This document shows, in pieces, positions 1 to 13,644 of a stretch of 64,000 bases of DNA; position 1 is the first letter of the stretch, and each line of letters begins with the position of its first letter. A program made the position numbers and the translations under genes. The stretch is from Octopus vulgaris (lineage: Eukaryota), in NCBI GenBank assembly GCA_951406725.2, contig OX597816.1:144522001-144586000 (forward strand), read 5' to 3'. The notes below the pieces were generated by a model. That model ran no database searches, was not told where the DNA came from, and was given only the letters and a program-made list of their open reading frames with translations.

Positions 1-335
1 AGCACCGCCTAAAAAGTGTTAGTCGAAGAAATCTTCCCTCACGACTTAATCTTTGTAAGTCTAGTACTTATTCTATCGGTCTCTTTTGCTGAACCGTTAA
101 GTTACGGGGACATAAACACACCAGCATCGGTTATCAATCGATGGCGGGGGACAAACAGACACGCACAAATATATTCATACACACACACACACACGACGGG
201 ATTCTTCCAGTTTCAGTCTACCAAATCCACTCAAAAGGTTTTGGTTGGCCCGACACTTGCTCAAGGTGCCATGCAATGGGACTAGACCTGGAACTATGCG
301 GTTAGTAAGCAAGCTTCTTTACCACACATCCACGC

Positions 336-337
<2 letters not shown>
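1..337 (-). mobile_element. tRNA-derived CORE-type SINE (octopus OR-like family), 3' end cut by window edge
   Basis: Minus strand reads a tRNA-like head (caggcgtggatgtgtggtaaagaagcttgc) then the CORE-like accttgagcaagtgtc motif. Same family at 7455-7765, 36200-37022 and 56661-57462. Confidence 0.75.
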
Positions 338-410
<73 letters not shown>

Positions 411-686
411 TTAATAAGGGTGAGAGAATTAGATACTAATTTAATAGTATATCCATTCAACACCAAGTGGCCTAGTGCTCCGAGAAACCTGGATTATTAT
501 AATATTTTATAATATATTATAATATTTTTACAAAATAAATATAAGAGAGTGGTCACTATATGGCTCACTCTAGCACCAGTTAATCCAAAGGGTTTCAACC
601 ACTAAAAATACATGTTTCCCATGAAAGTCAGTACGATTGTTAGCTCACACGGACAGGGCAAATAAAAAATAACAAAATACAGATTA

Positions 687-768
687 TTTTGGGACAATTG
701 TTTCGCTATTAATGAATTAAATGTAATTTTACTTACAAAAAAATCCACTTGTAGCTCATCGGCCAAAA
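687..768 (-). ncRNA. Type I hammerhead ribozyme (inverted copy)
   Basis: Reverse complement of 1008-1089. Confidence 0.65.
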
Positions 769-1007
769 CTATCTGGATGAAATCCACTCAATCACACGCC
801 AGATTTTACCATTCTCTCACCCTTATTAATTAATTATAATTATGCTGCATTTATTTCTGAATGCTGTATTTGTTTTCCGTGAAAGTTTTGGCGCGCTGTT
901 AGTTGGGGCATTTGAATTATAACGTCGGATGTAATCAATTGAACCACACGCGTATTTATCGTTATGGTAAAATCTGGCGTGTGATTGAGTGGATTTCATC
1001 CAGATAG

Positions 1008-1089
1008 TTTTGGCCGATGAGCTACAAGTGGATTTTTTTGTAAGTAAAATTACATTTAATTCATTAATAGCGAAACAATTGTCCCAAAA
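1008..1089 (+). ncRNA. Type I hammerhead ribozyme, long stem II insert, U4C core variant
   Basis: Stem I ttttgg(1008-1013)/ccaaaa(1084-1089); core ccgatga; stem II gcta/tagc; gaaa; palindromic stem III acaattgt; GUC cleavage triplet at 1081-1083. Confidence 0.7.
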
Positions 1090-1232
1090 TAATCTGTATT
1101 TTGTTATTTTTTATTTGCCCTGTCCGTGTGAGCTAACAATCGTACTGACTTTCATGGGAAACATGTATTTTTAGTGGTTGAAACCTTTTGGATTAACTGG
1201 TGCTAGAGTGAGCCATATAGTGACCACTCTCT

Positions 1233-1271
<39 letters not shown>

Positions 1272-1284
1272 CCTTTTTTAATCC

Positions 1285-1475
1285 TTTTACTTGTTTCATT
1301 GTCTGGTTACGGCCATGTTGGAGCACCACCTTGAAGGGTTTTAGTCAAACACATCGACCCCAGGACTTATTTTTTAAAACCTAGTACCTATTCTATCGGT
1401 TGATTTTGCCGATCCGCTAGGTTACAGTGATGTAAACACACCAACCTCGGTTTTCAAGCGTTGATAGGACGACAA
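1285..1475 (-). mobile_element. 3' part of CORE-type SINE
   Basis: Matches the tail of the SINE at 36200-36400 (tttacttgtttca...ggccatgttggagcacc...ttattctatcggt). Confidence 0.65.
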
Positions 1476-1556
1476 ACACACACATATACGTATACATACA
1501 TACAAACACACACACATAGATACATACATACATATACATACATACATAAATACATA

Positions 1557-1626
<70 letters not shown>

Positions 1627-1953
1627 GTTGTTCGGAAAGTTCGTGCCGGTTTATAGTAGCTTACCTTTCGACTTATTTTAGAACATGTTTGAGTCCATGA
1701 AATAGGATTTGACTACACCTCCATTTAGAACAAAGTCTAAGCTATCGTTGATTTACTGAGCACATCGTTTTTTTTTAACCTGTGAATAGTTGTTTTGTTT
1801 GGTTTGCTTTTGTGAATAATACTTGTTAATTGCTGTTGTTGAACTTTGTCTGTTTTGTGACAGACGAAAAAACTGTTGTTCCCCTCTGTAAAGGGGCGGT
1901 GGGGGGATAATTACATTTTGTATACACACAAAAATTTCTGTTTGAAATAAAAA

Positions 1954-3500
1954 ATGATGAATAGTGAAGATTCGTCGTCTTCTAGTGTAACTATTGAAGA
2001 ATCGTTTTCTTCCAGTCAAAAAAGTGTAACTATTGAAGATTCGTCTTCGAAAAGTGGAGGTAAAATAATGAATGTTAACGAAAGCACAGACTCGGAAAAA
2101 AAGGATACCCCAAACGCAAACCAAAAAAAGTACACCTTCGCAGCTGCGGCTGGACTTAAGAGAGAAGTCCTATGCATTCATAACAATAAACTGATGAAAC
2201 ACGAAGATATGTATACCAGGGAGGGGCTCGATGCAAGGGCCGCCCTCCGAAATGAAATTATCCAGAAAACACAAATGAGAATCATTACATTCAAATCATT
2301 TATTATAAAAGAGAAAAAATAGAAAAATCAACTAGCGAACAAGTTCAGATGTGTCTGCAGCCAATTTGGCAAGTTATTGAATACAATACAAGAGGGAAAA
2401 ATACGCAACCGTTGTAGTTTACTTCAAAGAAGAAGAAAGAGCAAAAAAAAGCATTCACTTCAGCCAATAAAGACAAACGAAATAATATTAGTGCCTACAT
2501 AACTAGGAAGACAGACTGCAAAAATAAAAATTGAAGAAATCCCACCAGAAATAGAAGTGACATGGTTGCTTCCAGCCCTATTAATGGGGCTGGAGGATAA
2601 AATAACCATTATAGAAGCAGTTAAAATACAACAGCAAAACTGGCGGGGTCAGGGTCTAGAAGTGACTATTCAGGCGGCCCCCACAAAACTTAGAGGAAAT
2701 AGTAGAAAATATTCACTTGGGCGAGAAAACTACATTGCGAATGGTGGTAGTGGGGCGAAAACCCCGTTGCTATGAATGTGGCGAAAAAGGCCACATTCGA
2801 GCAGACTGCCCCACCCGCAAGGAGGAAGAAGAAAAAAGGAGAAAAGAAGCAGAAGAAGAAAAACAGAAAGAAAGCCAAGACTCCGGCACCAAGCAGGCCG
2901 AAGAAGAAACAGACTTTGTCCCAGTAAGACAAAAGAAAACACCATAAAGGAGGAACAATGACTTAACCCCACCCATCCCCAGCACAAACAAGAAAAAAAA
3001 AGCATCACAGCAAACACACAGAAAAACCCACCCCTCCCCACCACGGCTCCCCACAGAAGTCAAAAAATGTACCCCCCCCATCCAATTCCGGATACCTGAC
3101 GATCTCAGTGTTGAAGACTTTCTTCCCCTCCCGGTCTCCACCCCTACAACACCTCCTTCCACCCCATCCACCCCATTCACCCTATCCACCCCATCCACCC
3201 CACCAAGTGTGGGTGTGTTGTCTCCACCAACTAGTCCCCAAAAAGGAGAAATGACCTTTCAGATTGTTTATATGGCCATCAACAAGAAAAACGACCAAGT
3301 AATAAAAAGCATTCAAAACATTCCATCAGCAGAACAAATTGTAACCCACTGAACATTGCCAAAACACATTGACATTTTTAAGAAAGACAGAATGAACTTT
3401 AATATATTAAAAGCTAACTTTCCATCTGACATATGTGGTCCGAAATTAGATTTACATGAATCCTTGTATGAGGGCTTATGTCGGAACACTACCCCATGAA
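1954..3500 (+). pseudogene. Tx1 ORF1 (gag-like, CCHC zinc knuckle), frameshifted
   Basis: CYECGEKGHIRADC at 2768-2809; coding region broken into several ORF fragments. Confidence 0.75.
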
Positions 3501-3538
3501 CCCCGGAAAAAGGAAAGACTGCCGAATAAGGTAACTCA

Positions 3539-6500
3539 ATGTCTCGCATTCATGTAGAGGACATAAATGTGTGTGGCCTGATGTCGAGCTGGAAGCTAGG
3601 GCGCTTCCTAAATGACATCAGGTCACAGGATTTAGATGTTGTTGCTACAGAAACCCGGTTGAAGAGGCCAAGAGATCTGCTCCCGCTGTTCAGCGGTTAC
3701 GAGAGGATTTTCTCTCCGAGCCGTCCTCCCAGCGGAAGTGGGGTGTTAGTCTTGTGGAAAAAAACCGGGTTTCTGAGAGAAAGTTAATTTTTTCAGATCC
3801 AGAAGATAGGCTGGTCGTCGTTGACTTGACATTCAGCAGTTGTAAGACTATCAGACTGGTTGCGATTTACGCGCCCCGATATTCAACGGGGCAAAGCGAA
3901 TATTTTCGGAACCTGGAGAAGTTTCTTAGTACATCGCATCCTTTAGTTTTACTTGGAGACTATAACACAATCTACGATGCGCCCGTACATTATGTTGGCT
4001 CGTGTTCAGATGCTTGGTTCCTGGATCTACTAAGACGTTTTGAGCTGGTAGATCCATATAGGCTGGAATATCCGAACGCTCCATTTTGGACATGGTCAAA
4101 CAGCGACGGATCTTCCAAGACGTACATAGATGGGATATTAATTAGAAAAATAGATACAAAAATAGCTAGGTGTCCACAGTTTCACAAGATGGTCACATGT
4201 AGGCTCGATATAGATAAGTTATATAGAGGCCCCGGCTCTTAATACGTCCCTTTTGGCGATTAAGCAGTACAGAGACCGGATTCAGTTGTTGATTCAGAGG
4301 GCATTAACCGGATCTATTATTAACAACAAATGGTGGTATGCCCTCAATCGAGCCATTAAATATGAGTCTATTATATATAGTGGCTAGAGAGGCTAGAAGG
4401 GAATCAGCACTAGTTAAGGACTTAGAAGAAGCAATGCGAACTGGCACTGCGGCTCAGGTGAGGGCCAAGAGACTGGTTTTAGACCAGCACCTCGAAGCCA
4501 AACACATGGGTTGCATCGTCAGGGCTACACAACGTGTAATGGGGAGTGAAGGAATTAATGCCGCGGGATAGGCCCGAGTGGTGGTAGCCCAACTTGGTAA
4601 CGATGCCACAATTCGATCTTTGACGAACCAACAAGGTAAGTTGATAGACGAGCCCGAGGAGATGTGTGAGGCTTTTCAGGACCACTTCGCTCAGCTCTTT
4701 GGGGAGGGCGGCGGACCGGATAGGAAGAGGGGCCTAACGGACTTCCTCGACGGGCTGCCACGCCACTCGGGGCCGGATGCGAAGTGTATTGAGAGGCTGA
4801 TCACGCCTGGGGGAGTAATAGAGGCCATGACTGACTGCGGCGCAGGTAGGGCGCCAGGACTGGATGGTCTACCCTACAAGGTATATAAAAGTATGCCGGA
4901 CTTGTTTGGGCACCTGCTGGCGAACGTCTACGCGAACTGGCAGCAGAATGGGTTTATTCCCAGATCTGTGCGTCGGGAAGTGGTGACGCTAGTCAGAAAG
5001 GACCCGGACAAGGGGGACGTCATTGATAAATTTAGGCCCATCACTCTGCTGAACGCAGAGCTGAAGATTTTGGCCAAAGTGTTATCAAAAAGATTGGCGC
5101 GTGTCGCGGATGGACTAATCGGTGGGGGGGAGGTGCACAGACATGTGTCGTACCCGGCAGATCCATCCAGGATAATCTCCATCTTATACGATACACTATA
5201 GAGGGAATTAATAACGATTCCGGCAAGGGAGGGGCAGTGGTCCATATAGTCCAATCAAAAGCTTTTGATAGGGTCGACCATCATTACCTGGTGTCCGTTC
5301 TGGCAGAGTTTGGCCTAGGTATTGACTTCCTCAGGTGGGTCATTCAAATGTATGAAAACGTCGACTCGGTAGCTCGGGTGAACGGCTTTCTGTCTAAGCC
5401 GTTCAGCATCAAATGCTCGGTTCGTCAAGGGTGTCTGCTCTCACCGCTTTTGTATGTAATGGCTCTTGAGCTATTGCTGCGAAAACTGAGTGGCATCCCG
5501 AGACAACTATGTTGTGGAATGTCGGTTTCAGCTTACGCGGATGACATCACTATCATCGTAACCGAAGTGGACCACCTACGTAAGATAGACAAGGCCATTG
5601 AGGTTTACGAGACGGAGGCAGAAGCAAAAGTTAATCGTGAAAAGTCAGTCGGCTTGCAACTCGGCACTTGGAGAGGCAAGTCGATGCCTCCAGACAGCGT
5701 CGTGGGACGTTGGACGGAGGGTCCGATTAAGTTGCTTGGAGTTTGGTTTGGACCAGACCTCCAAATAGAGAAGAACTGGGCCGAGGTATTGACCCACATA
5801 GCCAAGACCTGGTTTTGGCGGTAGCTATCCCTGAAAGGGAGGGCGGAGGTGGCCAATGTGTTTATCGCATCGGTTATCACCTACCGCCTTGCCGTCGTTC
5901 CTTACTCTGATTCGTGGTTAACCAAGCTGGAAAGACAATTCTTCTGCTTTTTGTGGAAGAGCTCGAACCCGCTTGTGAAACGCTCTATTTGCTGTCAACA
6001 ACCGTTAAAGGATGGACTAGGGATGCCTTGGCTAATGATGCGCAAATATGCGCTGAGGTTGAGGCATCTGTGGCTCTACCTGGATGGTGAACGGGTGTGG
6101 TTTCCGATGGTGAAACAGATGTTTCCCAGGTTCACTAGTTTCGGTGGACGGGAAACCTGGTTTTATCGTAGATCGAAGTTGGGTACGTGGTTTACGGAGT
6201 GTCGCAAGGCACTCCTGCTCTTCCGTCGCTCGGGCAAGGCCTGCGGCAGTGGTTCTGCCGCTGTCTTTTATAGTGGGTTTGTAGAGGCGGAATGCGATGA
6301 TACATTGGAGGAAGCCCTAGGTTTCGACGATAATCAGCTGACCAGACTGTTGCAACGTACATTCGGGTCGGAGACCCTGGCATGGTGGCCGGGACACTCC
6401 GATCTGTCCAAGATGTAGGCAGGACAGGGAAACCGTCCCGCACGCGATTTTTCAGTGTCCAGAGGTGTCAGATGTGTGAGTTTTCGCCGAACAACTGTTG

Positions 6501-6770
6501 TCAAGTGGAGGAAGAGTACAGCTGTCTATTGAATCTGTAGTGAAAATTAACCTGCCGGATTTCTTAACGAAAGAAGGTAGTATGGAAGACAAGGATGAGA
6601 GAGTTGATATCAGGCAACTTCATCTCTGACCCTGGTCTGGTGAATTTCTTCATATTCCACCTAAAAAGACAAATAGGACTGGAGAGGAGATGCCTGAGGA
6701 AGGAAGTGTTTGATGAAAGATGGAAGAAAATTGCGTATAAAAGGTCCCTCGTGGATGCGAGATAAGCCAA
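3539..6770 (+). pseudogene. Tx1 ORF2 (APE endonuclease plus reverse transcriptase), frameshifted
   Basis: INVCGL, AIYAP and LLGDYN endonuclease motifs. RT motifs FRPITLLN, KAFDRV, VRQGCLLSPLLY and YADD (5534-5545). Confidence 0.9.
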
Positions 6771-7454
6771 AAACTTAGATCAGTGGTGAGGCGGAGTTCA
6801 TGGGGTCCGTATAAAACCTGCCCTCACTCCATTTGTAAAAGCGTCCCTTGTGCATTCGTTACTTTATATAATCATGTAAATTTTTTAAGTGACCCCAAAT
6901 TGCTCTGTTATGTCAAATCATTCTGATTGTGTTATCATTATTTATATTTCGCCTGTATAGGTAATAAAAATCATAGAGCACAGTTTAAGCTATCTTTTCG
7001 TGGAAGAAGGTTTATGTTCCTATAACCTGTGTTAATTCTGTAACCCTTTAAAATGGAAGACAAGAAAGTTCATTTTGGGCACTTGATGCTTTGGGAACGA
7101 AACAAAAATTGCTGCAGCTCGGCTAGGATGTGTTACCCCACCCTCCATATTCACCAGATATTGCTCCTTCGGATTTCCACTTATTCAGATCTCTGCCGAA
7201 TAGTCTTAATGGTAAAAATTTCAATTCCTTGGATGACATAAAAAGATACCTCGATGAATTCTTTGCCATGAAACCACCTCAATTCTGTGAAGAGGGTATT
7301 TTCAAGTTAAAGGAAAGATGGAGACGCATTGTGCAACAAAATGGTTCATATTTGGTTGATTGTAATGGCAAATATTTATTGACCTTTTTCTCTCCTTTAA
7401 AAATCGGCACGAACTTTCCGGACAACCCAATATATATATATATGCACACACATA

Positions 7455-7765
7455 TACGATGGGCTTCTTTGAGCTTCCATCTACCAAATCCACTCACAAG
7501 GCTTTGGTCGGCCCGAGGCTATAGTAGAAGACATTTGCTCAAGGTGTCACGCAGTGGGAATGAACCCGGAGCCATGTGATTGGGAAGCAAACTCCTTACG
7601 ACACAGCCACGCCTGCGCCTATACGTCAGGCTTCTTTCATTTTCCATCTACGAAATCCATTGGCAAGGCATTGGTCGGCTCGTATAGACGATCAAAGAGT
7701 AGACTGAATCCGAACCATGTGATCATGAAACAAGTTTCTTACCACACAGCGACGCCTGCGCCTAT
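7455..7765 (-). mobile_element. Two adjacent CORE-type SINE heads
   Basis: Two copies ending accacacag...cgcctgcgcctat, the tRNA-like head on the minus strand. Confidence 0.65.
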
Positions 7766-7770
7766 ATATA

Positions 7771-8055
7771 GTGGGTAGAGCATTCAGCTCACGATTGTAA
7801 GGTCGTGAGTTCAATTCTCGACGACACGTTGTGTCCTCGCCCAAGACATTTTATTTCACGTTGCTCCAGTCCACTCAGATGGCAAAAATGAGTAGTACCA
7901 GTATTTCAAAGAGCCAACCTTTTCACACTCTGTATCACGCTGAATCTCCCTGAGAACTATGTGAAGGGCTCAGCCACTTGCACGTTAATTTCATGAGCAA
8001 GCTGTTCCGTTGATCGTATCAGCTGGGACCATCGTCGTAACCGACGGAGTGCTCC
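7771..8055 (+). mobile_element. tRNA-derived SINE (second family)
   Basis: A/B-box-like head (gtgggtagagc...gagttcaattc) and a central caagacattttatttcacgttgctccagtccactcag domain shared with 19855-20185. Confidence 0.65.
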
Positions 8056-8101
8056 CTATATATATATTATATGCACACGTATATACATATACTTATGCAT
8101 G

Positions 8102-8697
8102 TGTAGACACCTCGCTTGGCCCTGCCAGAGTTTCGAACTGAATAGGTAAATTTCCCACTAACTATACAGCCTTATTGTTCTGTCGAGGAACAGCGTCGTT
8201 TCGTTCAATCTACGGCCTTGCCAACATTTGATTGACGCAATTTCCTTTTGACCCATAACCCTTCTAGGTTACAAAGAATTTAGACAAATAAAATAAGTTA
8301 CCCCACAGGTGACTAGTCACAGTTACAACGGTACACCTCTTTTTCTGGCTTGTCGGCATACTTATAAATACAAGCAGTTCCGAGCAGACCAGAGAGGTAG
8401 ACACAGAGGGAGAGAGAAAATAAACCTGCGTGGCGGTTGGCAACTATGGTGTTTCACCATACAACTTCAGTCTCCTGTCTCTCGCGTGTTCACTAGCGCC
8501 GTTCTAATAAACACCACTCTCTTTCCTGCTGCTAGAACGACGAGAATATGAACACTTAAGAACATACACTCTTATACAAGAAAATACGACTTTTGTTTTA
8601 CCTGGTATGCTTTACGACTGATTTATTTTGTACACACTTACCCGTCGTGGTTAGGAAATGATTATATGTAGCGGTGCAATAAAATATATGGTCTACA
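8102..8697. mobile_element. Possible solo LTR
   Basis: Inverted termini tgtagac...gtctaca (TG...CA). No matching TSD seen. Confidence 0.25.
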
Positions 8698-8800
8698 ACT
8701 TCGGCCACTGTCCTTATTTCTTGAAGTCCAACACAACGACAACCACATTATCTTTCTCCTCTTCAACATAAGCAATACCCTTTACATACGCACACACTCA

Positions 8801-8910
<110 letters not shown>

Positions 8911-9401
8911 CATACACACACACACACACACACACGTGTGTGTCTCCTTCATAAACTCGTCGTCCTCGAGTTCAGAATATTTTTTCTATCGTCTCGACTT
9001 AACAACCCTCACCGTTTGTTTTTATTGTTTTGTTCTCACTGTCCTGTTCTTGTTACCAATTTCACCCACCGCAAAAAATTCCAAATTTTATTTAATTTGC
9101 TTTGCAGGAAGGATTGTTTCAACGAAGTCGCGTCTTGTCCTTTCCCTCGAACCGTGGAGTAGATGAAACAGGGACAACTGAAGAAGGGGAATATTCTTTA
9201 TGTTGTCTGTCACGTTTCTCTCTGTGTTTTTCTTCGTTGTTCGAAAAAATGTTCGTTTCTATGTTTTTGTTTTTATGTTTTCGTTTCTCATTGTGTTCAA
9301 CTTTTTTTTTGATGGCCTGTACCCATATATGCATGTGTATATATACATATATATGTAGGTATGTACAGATGTGTATGTATATATGCATATATTTATATGT
9401 A

Positions 9402-9995
<594 letters not shown>

Positions 9996-9999
<4 letters not shown>

Positions 10000-10260
10000 T
10001 AATTAACACGAAGCATAAGGATGCGCGAAGCACCAACCTGTTTAGAAATAGGAGTTAAAGTCCCAATTCAACCGCCGAAAAAATTCCACCATAATAACAG
10101 AAAATAACAGTATGCGAGGAAACGCATAAAGAATTAAGAAATTAAGAATTAAGCATACCAATAAGGATTATGCCATTTAGATGCTCATATACCATAGATT
10201 CGGGTGCTGGCCCAATGGGCTTCAACCATCTTCAGTATGAATTACTGGATACAAACTTCT
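9996..10260 (-). mobile_element. Short (TA)n-flanked insert with degenerate hammerhead
   Basis: Minus strand 10241-10184: stem I ttcata/tatgag, ctgaaga, hairpin gccc-att-gggc, gaat in place of gaaa, ctatgg, GUA. Confidence 0.5.
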
Positions 10261-10306
10261 ATATATACACACATATATATGTATGCATATACGTATATAT
10301 TATATA

Positions 10307-10426
<120 letters not shown>

Positions 10427-12215
10427 TATGCATGTGTATATTATTATGTATATATATATATAGATAGATAGATAGATTGAGAAAAACAGACAGACAGAGT
10501 GAGAAATAGAGTTCCGAAATTAAGCCAACCGAAGATTCGGGCTTTAATGACTATAAATGTGAGGAGATGTAAAAATCATACATCATTATAAAAGTTTTTT
10601 GTCCCTTCTTTTTATTGCAGACTAAAGAAATAATAAAGATTTATAAATTAATGGCTAATCTCTTAATCTCTCTCTCTCTATCTATAAACGGCACACCAAC
10701 ATTTCAATTATTATTCACCTCTTTCTCCTTTACAGATCTACGCTTTTCTATAATCATTTTATTTCGTCATCTTTTCTGCTGGTAATTCCAGAGAAAGTAG
10801 CAATATTTTCTAAATTGAAAGCAAATTATTACATCGTCTATTGTTTCAAATACAATATATAAATATAACTTCTAAAAATATATCTAAAATCTAATTTTTT
10901 AAGACTTCAGAGAATTTTTAAGTCTTCGAATGTCAGGATACAATTTATGAAATTGAAATATTCAAATATTGCAGTAATTTTTATAATCAATATATATATT
11001 TGAAATTTAACAATTATATTAGTTTAAAATATATTAAAGATATGGTTTCTGTTGTTGAAGTTTAATTCTCGTCTTGTAACCCTATAGACTAAGACGCTCT
11101 TGCCATGACCGTCCCATAACTTATCATTGTCTAAATGGTTTAATTCACGCAGTAGTTTACAAACTCCGCTGTGCGTTAGTAATAGAGTTTATAATAATTC
11201 TAGACAATGTGATGGAATTCTCAGAACCTATCCATCTGATAAATAATGTTTCAGATTATGAGAAAACATATTTAATACCTTCCACATATAAATGTTAACA
11301 TAGTATAAAAATGTGGAGAGAGAAATGTAAGCTCTCAACCACTTTTTAAATGTTTAAACAATTCATACTGTTTTCTACAAGATGTAAATATTATTTAAAT
11401 TACCAGAGCAATTAGATTTAGATGCAGAATTAAATGAATATTAAAACAGAAATCGTTTTAAAGAACGAAGGATGGATAAGATCAATTAAATGAGTCGTTA
11501 ACAAATTTAGAATTTCACTTCAGAATTAGAAATTCACTGGAAACTACATGAAATAGTGTATAATTAGATGAATATTTTCATTTCTTTAATTTCCATCAAA
11601 TAATTTTTTCCCGTAGTTATAACTGGACTATATTTTTCTAAAATTGTTATACTTATAATTTAATGCTTGTAAAATATTTAAAAAGTTTCTATTCCGTAAA
11701 ATACTGCAGGAATATAAAACAATTTATTATAGAGATACATTTAGGTTTGAAATAGCTCTAATAAATATTTTGCTATGTAAATGTGTTAGTATGTTGTTAA
11801 TTAAAGTAATTATGAAATAATATTCACCAAATTGAAAGTGTTTCGAATTCAGGCTGAAGTTTTTCAGTTTCTTGAATGTTGAGAATATTCAAACAGCAGA
11901 GAGATTTTTTACTTCTGCAACGGTCGCTACGCAATTATGAAATGCCAGGACGGAGATTATAAACGTGTGGGTGTTACTTTGTCCTGTGCGTGTATCTTTG
12001 TTTAAACGTGTGTATGTGTAAGTATGTATGTTGTACTGTCATGGTATATGATGTATGTGTGTATATATGTGAGTAGTGTGAATGTATGTTTGATTAAAGG
12101 TATATGTGTGTATATTGTAGCGTGTGTGTTAGCGAGTAGACAGAGACTACCTGTCTCAAATAACAACACAATGAATAATATCTCTCACGCTTCACCTATT
12201 CATTGCTACATTATT

Positions 12216-12268
<53 letters not shown>

Positions 12269-12592
12269 GTCCTCACCAACGTGGCCACCACCACCACCAC
12301 AATCAGTTCGCCCATTTCCATACAAACATTTTTTCTTCGTAAACAAATCTTTTTTTCTATTTTTTATACAGAAACAGTACAAACCCTAATACTTACATTC
12401 ACACACATACACACACAATCACATTCATACATACATACATGCATACACATATGCATACATACAGAGATACATACATACATAGGTACATAGATACATACAT
12501 ATATACATACATACATACATATATACATACATACATGCATACATTCATGCATACATACATACACACATACATACATACATACATACATACAT

Positions 12593-12648
<56 letters not shown>

Positions 12649-12651
<3 letters not shown>

Positions 12652-12925
12652 AATAATGAGGGAGATGAATTGAATATTAATTTAATTAATATCAAATTAA
12701 AACCAGTAGCCTAGCATATAAAAGTCTGAAAAATCAGAGAAAATTCTAAAACATGTGTATATTAAAGGCTAAAAACCACTATGTGGACAGCCATATGCTA
12801 GAAATAGATCACTACAAAGAAAGAATGTTCTCTAGGGAACGTTCTTTCTTTGTAGTTTGATCGTAGGTGATCTATTTCTAGCATATGGCTATCTACATTT
12901 GGCTTTTAGCCTTAATATACACATA
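12649..12925 (-). mobile_element. Fold-back insert in (TA)n, copied with the segmental duplication
   Basis: Imperfect palindrome ~12755-12925 centred on ctctaggg, with tail 12649-12750. Copies at 22808, 27317 and 34998. Confidence 0.6.
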
Positions 12926-12938
12926 TATATATATATAT

Positions 12939-13139
12939 ACTTTATAATTAGGGTTCAGCAAAGATTTGCTTTTACACATACTGGAGTTAAGAAACTTCGA
13001 TATGTGGTAAAGCAAATCTTTGTTGAACCCCAATTATAAAGTATTACTTAAATTTTCCGTGAAATGGTCCTTTTTTCATGCCGAATTCTACTTGGTGAAA
13101 TTATTAAATACTTCTTAATTAATTAATTTTACCCTTTGT

Positions 13140-13143
<4 letters not shown>
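12939..13143 (+). mobile_element. Fold-back insert in (TA)n
   Basis: Inverted repeat 12939-12980/13001-13043 plus a ~100-bp tail ending accctttgttatta. Copy at ~27610-27815. Confidence 0.6.
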
Positions 13144-13194
<51 letters not shown>

Positions 13195-13644
13195 AATTTA
13201 TAGAAAAAGCAAAAACCGGAGTCAGGTGTAGGAATAATAAGCAAGAGTATTAGTTTGATATTCAGGAAAAATACATGTGTGTGTGTATATGCGTATATGC
13301 GTATGTGTGTGCATATGTGTATGTATATGTCTCTGCGTCTGTGTTTGTTTCTTCCTCATCACCGCTTAACAACCGGTATTGGTGTGTGTACGCCTCGAAA
13401 CTTAGCGGTGTGGCAAATAAGACCGATAGAACACGTACCAGGTTTTTTATAAAACAAATCAGTTCTAAGGTCGATTTGTTCGACTAAAACACTTCAAGGT
13501 GTTGCTCTAGCATGACCGCACACAAATAAGTGAAACAAGTAAACGAATAAAAGAATACATACATACTTATATACACACACAGACATTCCTTTTTCGGAAG
13601 AGTTGTGGTCACCCCAAATATCGTATAGATTAAGCTCATTTTGT

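Larger units (their letters stand above)
407..1238. mobile_element. Fold-back non-coding Penelope-pLTR/retrozyme-like insert in (TA)n
   Basis: 275-bp inverted repeat 538-812/964-1238 with one mismatch seen. A 23-bp inverted repeat at 407-429/811-833. (TA)n on both sides and a hammerhead fold in each arm. Confidence 0.75.
1747..6973 (+). mobile_element. Near full-length Tx1-type (L1 clade) non-LTR retrotransposon, inactivated
   Basis: ORF1 and ORF2 remnants, AATAAA at 6963, and a 21-bp TSD at 1726-1746/6974-6994 (18/21 identical). Confidence 0.88.
1623..7430 (+). mobile_element. Internally deleted mariner DNA transposon interrupted by a Tx1 LINE
   Basis: TIRs ttgggttgttcggaaagttcgtgccggttt (1623-1652) and aaatcggcacgaactttccggacaacccaa (7401-7430), TA flanks. 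Transposase start MEDKKVHF at 7053 is joined to the C-terminal HPPYSPDIAPSDFHLFRSL motif. Confidence 0.9.

Noticed and set aside
602-1174. Identical 61-aa ORFs on opposite strands
   Set aside because: A by-product of the inverted repeat, with a GTG start and no protein motif. The conserved signal is the RNA fold.
12975-13006. cacata-ctggag-ttaa-gaaac-ttcg-a-tatgtg as a hammerhead
   Set aside because: It lacks CUGANGA and stem II; the pairing is explained by the inverted repeat.
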